From an uncultured Alphaproteobacteria bacterium (lineage in GTDB: Bacteria > Pseudomonadota > Alphaproteobacteria > Sphingomonadales > Sphingomonadaceae): a stretch of DNA of 64,000 nt. The stretch covers positions 732,662 to 796,661 of the forward strand of contig CAVUII010000002.1 in the NCBI GenBank assembly GCA_963741605.1, written 5' to 3'. The first letter of the stretch is position 1. Each line of letters begins with the position of its first letter. Shown here in pieces: positions 29,532 through 38,437 of this stretch. Both the position numbers and the translations under genes were made by a program. The notes below the pieces were generated by a model. The model made no database searches. It was given only the letters and a program-made list of their open reading frames with translations, and was not told where the DNA came from.

Positions 29532-30740
29532 ATGATGCGCCGCCATGTCCTTTTTTTGACAACAGCCACATTGTGCGGATTGTCATTAGCCACCACCGGA
29601 TCGGCCCAGAAAACCACAGGCCCCAAGGCGCAATATGCCATGGACGTGTCCACCATGTCGGGCATGGGAATGGGCGCGATGATGGGCGGAGGTCTTGGCG
29701 GATTGCTAGGTGGGGGCGGCGACAATTATATGCTCGACCTGCGGCTTTCCGCCACAAAGCCCGCTCCGCAACAGCCCGAAACGGGTGACCATTACTTTTT
29801 GCCCGCCGCCAAAATGGGCAAATCGGTTCCGTTGCTGGGGGATGCTCCCGGTCAGACCAAGCCCACGCGCGATTATGATCCCAATCAGCCCGGCGGCACG
29901 ATGGAAAAGCCCAAAGGGCGCATCCTGATGTTCTGGGGTTGCCACGCCAACGCGCCCAAAGGTCAGCCTTTCATTATTGATTTTGCAAAAATGCCGACGG
30001 CCAAAATGCCCGCAGGCATGCCCGCCCAAATGCGCAATTATCAGGCCGCTGCGCAAGCGCGCGATGCCAATGCTGCATGGTGGCCCAATAGCAAAAATGG
30101 AAAGCAGCCCAAATCGGGTTCGTCGTTACGCGGCGAACACCGGATCGCCAGCATCTTCACGCCCGAAATCAAATTTTCGCTGACCAATGATTATATGGCG
30201 GCATTAAAGGTCGATCCATCGGATCAGGGGGCCGCGATTCTGCTCAACTGGAATTCCGTTCCCACTGCAACGGGCTATGCCGCATGGGCTATGGGCGGAA
30301 TGGAACGTGCGGGCCAAGGCGGCGATATGGTGATGTGGACATCGGCCAGCACCCGCGAATTCGGCGAAGCGATGGGCTGGCTTTCGCCCGCCGAGGTGCA
30401 ACGCGCAATCGCTGCGAAAAATGTCATGCCGCCTTCGCAAACCAGTTGCCACATTCCAGCCGAAGCCAAAACCGCTGCGGGCGGCATGATGTTTGGCAGC
30501 ATGAATGGATTTGGCCCCGAAGAAAATTTCGCCTTTCCTGCCAAGCCTGCGGACCCGAAAGCGGTTTGGAATATTGAATGGACCGCCAAGGCCCGCTTCA
30601 AAACCTTTGCCAGTTTCATGACCGGCATGGGCAGCGGCGGCATGGGTGGATCTGGCGGTTCTGGCCCGGCATCGGAACCCCGCAAGAAAAAACCGTGCAA
30701 GGGGCCGTTCGGCGTTCCCATTCCCGGAACGCAATGTTGA
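29532..30740 (+). CDS. Hypothetical secreted protein
   Basis: Signal peptide, RBS CAGGAG, 402-aa ORF with host-like codon usage. Confidence 0.75.
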   Translation: MMRRHVLFLTTATLCGLSLATTGSAQKTTGPKAQYAMDVSTMSGMGMGAMMGGGLGGLLGGGGDNYMLDLRLSATKPAPQQPETGDHYFLPAAKMGKSVPLLGDAPGQTKPTRDYDPNQPGGTMEKPKGRILMFWGCHANAPKGQPFIIDFAKMPTAKMPAGMPAQMRNYQAAAQARDANAAWWPNSKNGKQPKSGSSLRGEHRIASIFTPEIKFSLTNDYMAALKVDPSDQGAAILLNWNSVPTATGYAAWAMGGMERAGQGGDMVMWTSASTREFGEAMGWLSPAEVQRAIAAKNVMPPSQTSCHIPAEAKTAAGGMMFGSMNGFGPEENFAFPAKPADPKAVWNIEWTAKARFKTFASFMTGMGSGGMGGSGGSGPASEPRKKKPCKGPFGVPIPGTQC

Positions 30741-30783
30741 ATTGCGCACTAGACGCTGCGCCCGGCATTTGCCACATTAAGGC

Positions 30784-31365
30784 ATGGCCGAATTCAGCGA
30801 AACCCTGAGCGAAAAACATGTGGAGATGATTGGCAAACAGCCGATTTTCTTTACCGCAACCGCCGCCGAAAATGCGCGCATCAACCTGAGCCCCAAGGGG
30901 CTGGATTGTTTTCGCGTTTTGGCACCGGATCGTGTCGCCTATCTTGACCTGGGCGGTTCGGGCAATGAAACCCATGCACATTTGGTTGCCGATGGGCGGA
31001 TCACCATCATGTTCTGCAATTTCGAACAGCCCGCATTGATCCTGCGGATCTATGGTCGCGGTGTCCCGGTGTTGCCGCAGGATGATGATTGGGACGGCTT
31101 GGCGGCGCATTTTGATTTGCTCCCCGGCACACGGCAAATTTTCGACATCCAGGTTGAAAGTGTGCAGACCAGTTGCGGCTGGGGCGTTCCCATTATGCAG
31201 GTGGAGCGGCAGCGGACGACTTTGACCAAGGCCCATGCCAATTTTGCCGAAGATGCATGGCTGGAAAGAGCAAGAAGCCGCAACATAAGCATCGATGGCC
31301 TGCCCACGCGCGCCACCACGCGCTATTTCGGATCAGAAACCGGTGGTGGCGATGCCGCTGGTTGA
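30784..31365 (+). CDS. Pyridoxamine 5'-phosphate oxidase-like FMN-binding protein
   Basis: INLSPKG, DLGGSGNET, VQTSCGWGVP. Confidence 0.9.
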   Translation: MAEFSETLSEKHVEMIGKQPIFFTATAAENARINLSPKGLDCFRVLAPDRVAYLDLGGSGNETHAHLVADGRITIMFCNFEQPALILRIYGRGVPVLPQDDDWDGLAAHFDLLPGTRQIFDIQVESVQTSCGWGVPIMQVERQRTTLTKAHANFAEDAWLERARSRNISIDGLPTRATTRYFGSETGGGDAAG

Positions 31366-31564
31366 ACTGGGGCGGTATCCCTTTTCCTTTCAGGCAGACA
31401 TTGCCCGCACTTTTCTGGAATCGCACGGCATTGGCGCACTGGTATTCGACAGCGGCATGAACATTGCCGACAGTTCCGCCATCGCCATTCCCGTGCGGCT
31501 GATGGTGCTGGATGAGGATTATGATGCGGCAAAGGCATTGCTGGTTGAGGCGGACATCGCCTGA
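31352..31564 (+). CDS. DUF2007-like small protein
   Basis: ADIARTFLESHGI...VRLMVLDED. Confidence 0.75.
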   Translation: MPLVELGRYPFSFQADIARTFLESHGIGALVFDSGMNIADSSAIAIPVRLMVLDEDYDAAKALLVEADIA

Positions 31565-32265
31565 TGCCCATTATCAAGGTGGCGACCTATAATATCCGCA
31601 AATGCATCGGCACCGATCGCAAGCGCGATCCGGCGCGGATCATGCAGATATTGCAGGAAATCGATGCCGACATAGTGGCGTTGCAAGAAGCCGACCGTCG
31701 TTTTGGCCAGCGTTTGAGCGCAATTCCGCGTCAGATGTTTCAAGACCATAGCGATTACGAACCCGTGGTGCTGGATGGCCAACGCAATGGCATTGGCTGG
31801 CATGGCAATGCGATATTGGTGCGGCGCGGGGCGAAGGTGCGGCATGCCCAAATATTGCCGCTGCCCACGCTGGAGCCACGCGGCGCGGTGATTGCCGAAG
31901 TGCAGATGGGCGGATCTCATTTGCGCATTATCGGCACCCATCTGGATCTGTCTGGCCTTTGGCGCAGGCGACAAATTCGCGCGTTGCTCACTTATTTGGA
32001 CAGCGCCCCCAGCCACATCCCCACGGTGATCATGGGCGATTTCAACCAATGGTCCAATCGCGGCGCATTGTCTGAATTTGCCTTTCACCACCACCGGCTG
32101 GTCAGCACCCCGCCCAGCTATCACAGCCGCCGCCCGATAGCCCGGTTGGATCGCATCATCGTCAGCCATGATTTGCTGGTGGACGAAGCCGATGTCCACA
32201 GCACCGCATTGTCGCGGATGGCATCGGACCACTTGCCGTTATGGGCCAATATTCGGCATGCCTGA
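31564..32265 (+). CDS. Endonuclease/exonuclease/phosphatase family protein
   Basis: ATYNIRK, ALQEAD, GDFN, LDRI, ASDHLP. Confidence 0.92.
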   Translation: MPIIKVATYNIRKCIGTDRKRDPARIMQILQEIDADIVALQEADRRFGQRLSAIPRQMFQDHSDYEPVVLDGQRNGIGWHGNAILVRRGAKVRHAQILPLPTLEPRGAVIAEVQMGGSHLRIIGTHLDLSGLWRRRQIRALLTYLDSAPSHIPTVIMGDFNQWSNRGALSEFAFHHHRLVSTPPSYHSRRPIARLDRIIVSHDLLVDEADVHSTALSRMASDHLPLWANIRHA

Positions 32266-32286
32266 TTTTTGAACAATAAAGCTCTC

Positions 32287-32337
32287 TGACTAATTATTAA
32301 GCAATCGCGCTTTTTGTGACTGCCTATAATTTAGGCA
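32287..32337. promoter_or_regulatory. NtrC-like upstream activator sites
   Basis: 17-bp dyads TGCCT-N7-AGGCA (32321-32337) and TGACT-N7-AAGCA (32287-32303) upstream of a sigma54 promoter. Confidence 0.6.
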
Positions 32338-32379
32338 AAAATGCCATGCCATTTTGCCAAATTCCCCCATTTCCGCGTT

Positions 32380-32395
32380 TGGCACACCCCTTGCT
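32380..32395 (+). promoter_or_regulatory. Sigma54 promoter of glnK-amtB
   Basis: TGGCAC-ACCCC-TTGCT matches the -24/-12 consensus. Confidence 0.9.
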
Positions 32396-32428
32396 CTTAT
32401 GGATGGGCTAACCAATCAGGGGGCAAGC

Positions 32429-32767
32429 ATGAAGTATATCATTGCCATTATTAAACCGCACAAGCTCGATGCCGTGCGTGAAGCATTAACGGGGCTGGGC
32501 GTTTCCGGCATGACCGTCACCGAAGTTAAAGGCTTTGGCCGTCAAAAAGGCCAGACCGAGATCTATCGCGGTGCTGAATACAGCACCAACATGGTTCCTA
32601 AAATCAAAGTCGAAGTTGCCTGCTCCACAGAATCTGCACCTGCAGTGATTGAAGCACTGCAAGCCGCCGCCGCAACCGGTTCAATCGGTGATGGCAAAAT
32701 CTTCGAATTGGACCTGGCAGGTGCCACCCGCATCCGCACCGGGGAAACCGACGGCGCGGCGCTGTAA
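32429..32767 (+). CDS. glnK: PII nitrogen regulatory protein
   Basis: AIIKPHKLD, GFGRQKGQTEIYRGAEY, IGDGKIF; upstream of amtB. Confidence 0.95.
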   Translation: MKYIIAIIKPHKLDAVREALTGLGVSGMTVTEVKGFGRQKGQTEIYRGAEYSTNMVPKIKVEVACSTESAPAVIEALQAAAATGSIGDGKIFELDLAGATRIRTGETDGAAL

Positions 32768-32805
32768 AAGCCCGCCGCACAAAAACAGACATAGGGAAGA
32801 AGCAC

Positions 32806-34251
32806 ATGAAGAAAATGGTCACATGGATGGGAGCCGCAGGGGCAAGCCTGTTTGCCGCGCTCCCGGCATTTGCGCAGGAGGCGGCCGAAGCGACCGCTGC
32901 TGCTGCTACAGAAGCGGCACCTGCCGCAGCCGCGGCCTTTGTTCCGACGGCGGAAATGGTCAATAAAGGCGACGTTGCCTGGATGCTGACATCGTCGGTG
33001 TTGGTATTGTTGATGTCGGTTCCGGCATTGGCGCTGTTTTACGGCGGCCTTGTCCGCACCAAAAACATGCTCAGCGTGCTGATGCAGGTTTTCATGATTG
33101 TTTCGGTTGCCGCCCTTGTCTGGGTTGGCTGGGGCTATTCCATGGCCTTCACCAGCGGCAGCCCCTATGTCGGTGGCTTTGATAAAGTGCTGTTGATGGG
33201 CGTGGATGCGACCACATTGGCCGCAACCTTTTCCAACAGTGTCTATCTGCCCGAATATGTGTTCATCATATTCCAGATGACCTTTGCCTGCATTACCCCG
33301 GCGTTGATCGTGGGTGCCTTTGCAGAGCGGGTGAAGTTCAGTTCGCTGATGGTCTTTACCGTCGCATGGCTCACGGTCTGCTATTTCCCGATTGCGCACA
33401 TGGTATGGTATTGGGCTGGCCCAGACTTCCTGCACGCTGCACCCGATGATATGGGACTGCTCTGGGGCATGGGCGCGCTCGATTTTGCTGGTGGCACCGT
33501 TGTCCACATCAACGCAGGGATCGCTGGTCTTGTCGGCTGCCTGATGATTGGCAAGCGTCTGGGTTACGGCAAAGAAGCAACACCACCGCACAGCATGACC
33601 ATGACCATGATCGGCGCTTCGCTGCTCTGGGTGGGTTGGTTCGGCTTTAACGCTGGATCGAACCTTGAAGCCAATGGCATTGCAGGCGTCGCCTTTATCA
33701 ACACCTTCGTTGCCACCGCTGCTGCCGCTGTCAGTTGGTCCATCGTTGAGCAAATCAAGCACGGCAAACCGTCGTTGCTGGGTGCCGTTTCCGGCGCGGT
33801 TGCTGGCCTTGTTGCCATCACCCCGGCCAGTGGCTTTGCCCACCCCGGAACGTCGATCATCCTCGGCTTCATCGTATCGCCCATTTGCTACATCTTTGTC
33901 TCCACGGTGAAGAGCAAGTTCAAATATGACGATACGCTCGACGTGTTCGGCATCCACTGCATCGGCGGCATCATCGGTGCCATCGCCACTGGCATTGTTG
34001 CCGACCCTGCTTTGGGCGGCCAAGGCTGGATCGATTACACCGCTGCCGTTGCCAAGGCCGGCGAATATGACATGGCAGGGCAGGTGATCACCCAGATCAA
34101 GGCCGTGCTGATCACGCTGTTGTGGTCGGGTATTGGTTCCGCCGTTCTGTTCTTCATCATCGACAAGACCATGGGTCTGCGTCCTACCGAAGATGCCGAA
34201 CGCGAAGGTCTGGACCTCTCCAGCCACGGCGAACGCGCCTACAACATGTAA
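32806..34251 (+). CDS. amtB: Ammonium transporter
   Basis: FQMTFA, DFAGGTVVHINAG, WVGWFGFNAGS, DDTLDVFGIH. Confidence 0.97.
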   Translation: MKKMVTWMGAAGASLFAALPAFAQEAAEATAAAATEAAPAAAAAFVPTAEMVNKGDVAWMLTSSVLVLLMSVPALALFYGGLVRTKNMLSVLMQVFMIVSVAALVWVGWGYSMAFTSGSPYVGGFDKVLLMGVDATTLAATFSNSVYLPEYVFIIFQMTFACITPALIVGAFAERVKFSSLMVFTVAWLTVCYFPIAHMVWYWAGPDFLHAAPDDMGLLWGMGALDFAGGTVVHINAGIAGLVGCLMIGKRLGYGKEATPPHSMTMTMIGASLLWVGWFGFNAGSNLEANGIAGVAFINTFVATAAAAVSWSIVEQIKHGKPSLLGAVSGAVAGLVAITPASGFAHPGTSIILGFIVSPICYIFVSTVKSKFKYDDTLDVFGIHCIGGIIGAIATGIVADPALGGQGWIDYTAAVAKAGEYDMAGQVITQIKAVLITLLWSGIGSAVLFFIIDKTMGLRPTEDAEREGLDLSSHGERAYNM

Positions 34252-34411
34252 AGTTTAGGGAGGACGAGGCCTCACTCCGGCGGCGTCCTCCACCAATTTC
34301 AACAGTTTGGCGGGGAGTTTCACCCTCTCCCGAACTCCCCGCCTCCCGATGTTCCTCCCGCGAACGTCCAACTCTATGAGCCCGGATCAGAAATGGTCCG
34401 GGCCTTTTTTT
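34252..34411 (+). ncRNA. Candidate amtB 3'UTR sRNA: three CU-loop hairpins plus terminator
   Basis: Stems 34259-34291, 34309-34343 and 34348-34368 (TTCCTCCC); GAAA-capped terminator 34380-34411. Confidence 0.5.
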
Positions 34412-34413
34412 GG

Positions 34414-34442
34414 TTGCCGATGGTAACCCATTGGGCTATATA
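34414..34442 (+). promoter_or_regulatory. TA operon promoter with palindromic operator
   Basis: TTGCCG-17 nt-TATATA with a CCCA-T-TGGG dyad in the spacer; ATG 5 nt after the -10. Confidence 0.55.
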
Positions 34443-34447
34443 AGGCC

Positions 34448-34783
34448 ATGCAAAGCGTTGCAGAAACTCCTATAATTACGCGGCAGTCAGAAAAGCTGTT
34501 TGATGAAGTCGAAAAGTTTGAATTGATTTCGTTTCTATCAACCAATCCGTTGGCCGGTGATGTGATTCTGGATACGGGCGGCATCAGAAAACTTCGTTTT
34601 GCTGCATCGGGTAGGGGCAAACGCGGGGGCGCCAGGATTATCTATTATTATCTGGATGGCGACATGCCCCTCTACGCATTGTTGGCCTATCCGAAAAATG
34701 CAAAGGTGGATTTGTCACCGGACGAGAAGCGCGGCGTGACCGCATTTGTGAACGCCATCAAGGCGGAAAGAAGGGTACGATGA
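34448..34783 (+). CDS. RelE/HigB-family type II toxin
   Basis: GDVILDTGGIRKLRF, RGKRGGARIIYY, YALLAYPKN. Confidence 0.92.
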   Translation: MQSVAETPIITRQSEKLFDEVEKFELISFLSTNPLAGDVILDTGGIRKLRFAASGRGKRGGARIIYYYLDGDMPLYALLAYPKNAKVDLSPDEKRGVTAFVNAIKAERRVR

Positions 34784-35058
34784 CTGGTTTTGGTAACGAT
34801 CTCATGCAATCGTTGGGTGAGGCGCTCGCGCATGTAAAGGGCAAAGGCCCTGCCTTGGTCCATGCGCCCGTCGACCCGCGCATGATCCGCACACAGGCTG
34901 GTCTGACACAGGCACAGATGGCCCCGATCATGGGAATGAGCGTTTCTGGCTATCGAAAGTGGGAACAAGGCAAACGTGCGGTCAGCGGCCCTGCGGAGAC
35001 GCTGCTCCGCCTGATTGAGAAAGAGCCCGAAGCGGTGAAACGGGCACTGGCCGCTTGA
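34780..35058 (+). CDS. HigA-like HTH antitoxin
   Basis: IRTQAGLTQAQMA...RKWEQGKR..SGPA; ATGA overlap, toxin-first order. Confidence 0.9.
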   Translation: MTGFGNDLMQSLGEALAHVKGKGPALVHAPVDPRMIRTQAGLTQAQMAPIMGMSVSGYRKWEQGKRAVSGPAETLLRLIEKEPEAVKRALAA

Positions 35059-35063
35059 AGAGC

Positions 35064-35091
35064 TGTTATTCCCGCAAAGGCGGGGATAACA
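35064..35091. repeat. Single REP-like hairpin
   Basis: TGTTATTCCCGC-AAAG-GCGGGGATAACA. Confidence 0.55.
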
Positions 35092-35144
35092 CATTTACGG
35101 TGGTGCTTATGTTTTTCGCACAATTCACAACAGGGCTTTTTCGA

Positions 35145-35516
35145 ATGAATACCCGAATAGTATTCACGCTTGCCGCTTTGGCCCTGTGCACACCCGTGCA
35201 CGCCATCAAAAAAGCCGCCCCCTGCCCGGCAAACGCCACCCAATTGATCGGCGCATGGACATCAGAGAAATCCGGCAGCTTCGAACAATTCGAACTCGCG
35301 AAAGAGGATGGCGCGCATGTGTTCCGATCATGGTTGCACGACCGGCCCGAAATCACCGACGCCCGCTGGACATACCGCGCATGCCAGTTGCAGATTATCA
35401 CCCGCGATAAAGCGTTGGGCACCAGCTTCACGGTTGTATCGGTATCGCCCAAACGGCTGGTGCTGATGGAGCGCGGCGATAAAGCGCGACAGGTTTACCG
35501 CCGTATTATCGGGTAA
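35145..35516 (+). CDS. Hypothetical secreted protein (lipocalin-like GAW motif)
   Basis: Signal peptide; QLIGAWTSE. Confidence 0.65.
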   Translation: MNTRIVFTLAALALCTPVHAIKKAAPCPANATQLIGAWTSEKSGSFEQFELAKEDGAHVFRSWLHDRPEITDARWTYRACQLQIITRDKALGTSFTVVSVSPKRLVLMERGDKARQVYRRIIG

Positions 35517-35578
35517 AGTTCGGCGGTTGCCATAGTCTGGATTTGCCCATCGCCGCCGCAATCAGACCACACCACCCC

Positions 35579-35663
35579 CGTCTCCCCGTGCTTGACACAG
35601 GGTTAGGCTTTTAACTGGGAGTGGGAAAAATCAGCCAAGCCCCGTGTCAAGCACGGGGAGACG
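35579..35663. repeat. Intact REP doublet of the family targeted by IS30
   Basis: Perfect 20-bp inverted arms CGTCTCCCCGTGCTTGACAC/GTGTCAAGCACGGGGAGACG with imperfect inner extension. Confidence 0.88.
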
Positions 35664-35933
35664 AAATAAGGCGCTTCATCTGCGACCTTACCAAAGTGCC
35701 ATGTTTTTAGATAAAGAGGCGCAAAGGAAAAAGAGGTGAAGGGAATTAGCGCGATCCCTCTGCGCCTCCTTTTTCCACTTTTTCTCTTTATTTGAAATGG
35801 GCGCATCGACAAATCTCGCGCGCTACCTGCCTGCACCGCTAACGCCAAGGCATTCCGTAAGATTCCACTTTTGCGCGCTGACCTCTAACGCCCGTCGTCC
35901 TGTAAACGCTGCAATTCTAAAATTGCAAACCCA

Positions 35934-37049
35934 TCACACCCGCATGGGCATCAGCACATACAGCGCCGCCGATTTGTCGTTCTCGCGGATCAGCGTCGGG
36001 GCGCTGGCGTCGGCCAGATGCAGTTCCACCACATCGCTTTTAATCTCGCCCAGAATGTCGAGCAGATAGCGGGCGTTGAAGCCGATTTCGAAACCGTCGC
36101 TTGCATATTCACCCGACACTTCTTCGGCCGCCGTGCCGTTTTCAGGCGAAGTTACCGACAGGGTAATCTTGTCTTTATCCAGCGCCATTTTGACCGCGCG
36201 GGTTTTTTCGGTGGCAATGGTCGCCACGCGGTCCACGCCCTCGGCAAAGGCTTTGGGGTCGATCCGCAGCAGCTTGTCGTTGCCCGTCGGGATGACGCGC
36301 GTGTAATCTGGGAAGGTGCCGTCGATCAGTTTCGATGTCAGGATCGCATTGTCAAAAGTGAAGCGGATTTTGGAAGCCGACAGGTCAACCTGAATGTTGT
36401 TGTCACCGCTTTCGTCGAGCAGCTTACGCACTTCAGCCACGCATTTGCGCGGGATGATGATGTCGGGCATGCCGTCTGCCCCTTCGGGACGTGGCAAGGA
36501 TACCCGCGCCAAACGGTGGCCATCGGTGGCGGCAGCGCGCAAAGTTGGGCCATTGTCTTCGGTGACGTGCAGGAAAATACCGTTCAAATAATAACGCGTT
36601 TCTTCGGTTGAAATCGCAAAGCGCGTTTTGTCGATAATCTGTACCAAAGATGACGCAGGGATTTCGAAACTGGTGGGCAGTTCGCCTTCAGCAATCATCG
36701 GAAAATCGTCGCGCGGCAATGTGGACAGGCTAAACCGGGCGCGACCGGCGTTCACCGCCATGCGGCCATCGGCGGCGTTCAATTGGATCTGGCTGCCGTC
36801 CGCCATTTTGCGGGCGATTTCAAACAGGGTATGCGCCGAAACCGTTGTCGAGCCTGCAACTTCGACGTCGCCGGTAATGGTTTCGACAATTTGCAGATCC
36901 AGGTCGGTCGCGGTGAATTTGATCGCGCCATTTTCGCTCGCCTCAATCAGCACATTCGACAGGATGGGAATGGTGTTGCGCCGCTCCACCACCGATTGCA
37001 CATGGCCCAGACTCTTCAGCAGAGTTGCCCGTTCGATCGTTGCTTTCAT
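35934..37049 (-). CDS. dnaN: DNA polymerase III beta clamp
   Basis: VERRNTIPILSNV, ATDGHRL, SKLIDGTFPDY, YVLMPMRV. Confidence 0.98.
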   Translation of the reverse strand: MKATIERATLLKSLGHVQSVVERRNTIPILSNVLIEASENGAIKFTATDLDLQIVETITGDVEVAGSTTVSAHTLFEIARKMADGSQIQLNAADGRMAVNAGRARFSLSTLPRDDFPMIAEGELPTSFEIPASSLVQIIDKTRFAISTEETRYYLNGIFLHVTEDNGPTLRAAATDGHRLARVSLPRPEGADGMPDIIIPRKCVAEVRKLLDESGDNNIQVDLSASKIRFTFDNAILTSKLIDGTFPDYTRVIPTGNDKLLRIDPKAFAEGVDRVATIATEKTRAVKMALDKDKITLSVTSPENGTAAEEVSGEYASDGFEIGFNARYLLDILGEIKSDVVELHLADASAPTLIRENDKSAALYVLMPMRV

Positions 37050-37200
37050 GGTCTGCCTATCCCCTATTGGCCGCGCTGGCTTTAATCTCGTCATCGCCGG
37101 AATCGCTTAATAATCCGGCGAATCTTCCTTACCAACTCTCCTCCCAAGGGCAAGCCGATTGGCTTTGCGCTGGACAATATTCTGTGGAAGAAGCGGCAGC

Positions 37201-37845
37201 ATGATATTCTCAACCAACGGAAAAACGCTTTTCATCGCGCGCCATGGCGAAACGGTGTTCAACGCCGCAGGGCGGATGCAGGGCATGTACGCGCATACGC
37301 CGCTGACGCGCGAAGGATGCGAGCAGGGCACCGATATGGGCGTCGCGCTGTCGCGGCATATTGACGCGGCGGCACCGTTGGCGCTGATCTCGTCGCCGGC
37401 GGGGCGCACGCTGCAAACACTGGCATTGGTGGCCGAGGAATTGGGGCGCGACTGGCACACGCATGACACCGATGTGCGCTTGCGCGAAATCGATGTGGGT
37501 GTTTGGGAAGGGCAATATTATTCCGAAGTCGCCCCCGACATCAAAACCCTGATGGACCCCGAACACCGGCTGTTCATCGTCAAAGCCCCCGGCGGTGAAG
37601 ATTATGCCGATGTGTCCGAACGGCTGGTCGAATGGTTGGGGGAGCAAAAGTTCGAAACCGACATGTTGATCATCACCCATGGCATGACCGCGCGGGTTTT
37701 GCGCGGGATATTGCTTGGCCTGCCCAAAATGGACCGCTTCAACGCCTCCATCGCCCCCAGCCTGGCGCAGGGCAGCATGGTTGCGGTGTGCGACGGCGTG
37801 GAGCAATTGGTGATTGACGGCGCAGGTGTTGGGGAACGCGCGTGA
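37201..37845 (+). CDS. Histidine phosphatase (phosphoglycerate mutase family)
   Basis: FIARHGET, SSPAGRT, LREI, ITHG. Confidence 0.9.
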   Translation: MIFSTNGKTLFIARHGETVFNAAGRMQGMYAHTPLTREGCEQGTDMGVALSRHIDAAAPLALISSPAGRTLQTLALVAEELGRDWHTHDTDVRLREIDVGVWEGQYYSEVAPDIKTLMDPEHRLFIVKAPGGEDYADVSERLVEWLGEQKFETDMLIITHGMTARVLRGILLGLPKMDRFNASIAPSLAQGSMVAVCDGVEQLVIDGAGVGERA

Positions 37846-38315
37846 AACGAATTTGCGTTTTTGCTTTGTTGCTGATTTCAGCCCCCCTGCTCGCCAAAGA
37901 CCGGCTTGGCGCGTGGCAAAGCTGGGCCGCGTTCAAGGACGCAGAAACGCCGCGCTGCTACGCCATTGGCGCGCCCGAGGAATCGAGCGGGGAAGGCGGT
38001 TATCTGTCGGTCGGCTTTTGGCCCAAACGTGGGCTCGGCCATCAAATCTACGTCCGCCTGTCGCGCGAACGATCCAGCAATGGCAGCATCACTTTGAGCG
38101 CGGGCGGACGGCGTTTCCGGCTGGTTCCCAAGGGCAATGGCGGCTGGGCCAAAGACCGGACCATGGACCTCGCCATCATCGCCGCCATCCGCTCCTCCCA
38201 GTCAATGAGCATCGAAAGCGTGGGCCGCAACGGCGGAAATATCATCGACGCCTATGCCCTGCGCGGGGCCGCCAGCGCGATTGACGCGGCGGCTTTGGGG
38301 TGTGCGGGTCGGTAA
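37842..38315 (+). CDS. IalB-like (invasion associated locus B) exported protein
   Basis: Signal peptide; WAAF...CYAI; DAYALRGAASAIDAA. Confidence 0.75.
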   Translation: MKRICVFALLLISAPLLAKDRLGAWQSWAAFKDAETPRCYAIGAPEESSGEGGYLSVGFWPKRGLGHQIYVRLSRERSSNGSITLSAGGRRFRLVPKGNGGWAKDRTMDLAIIAAIRSSQSMSIESVGRNGGNIIDAYALRGAASAIDAAALGCAGR

Positions 38316-38355
38316 GATCGTTGACTTTTTGTTTCCATTTCGGTAACAACGATAA

Positions 38356-38437
38356 ACATCAGTCCCCGGCATGTCCGTCTTGAGGCGCTCGCAAGAGCAG
38401 ATATCAACTCAAGGCCGATCCCGGGGACAACTTTTTT
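38356..38437 (+). ncRNA. Candidate stand-alone sRNA or leader of about 80 nt
   Basis: TTGACT-17-TAACAA promoter (38321-38349); nested stems GTCCCCGG/CCGGGGAC, CTTGAG/CTCAAG, GCTC-GCAA-GAGC; T6 tail. Confidence 0.45.

Noticed and set aside
32563-34227. 554-aa ORF antisense to glnK-amtB
   Set aside because: Antisense shadow of a well-supported operon
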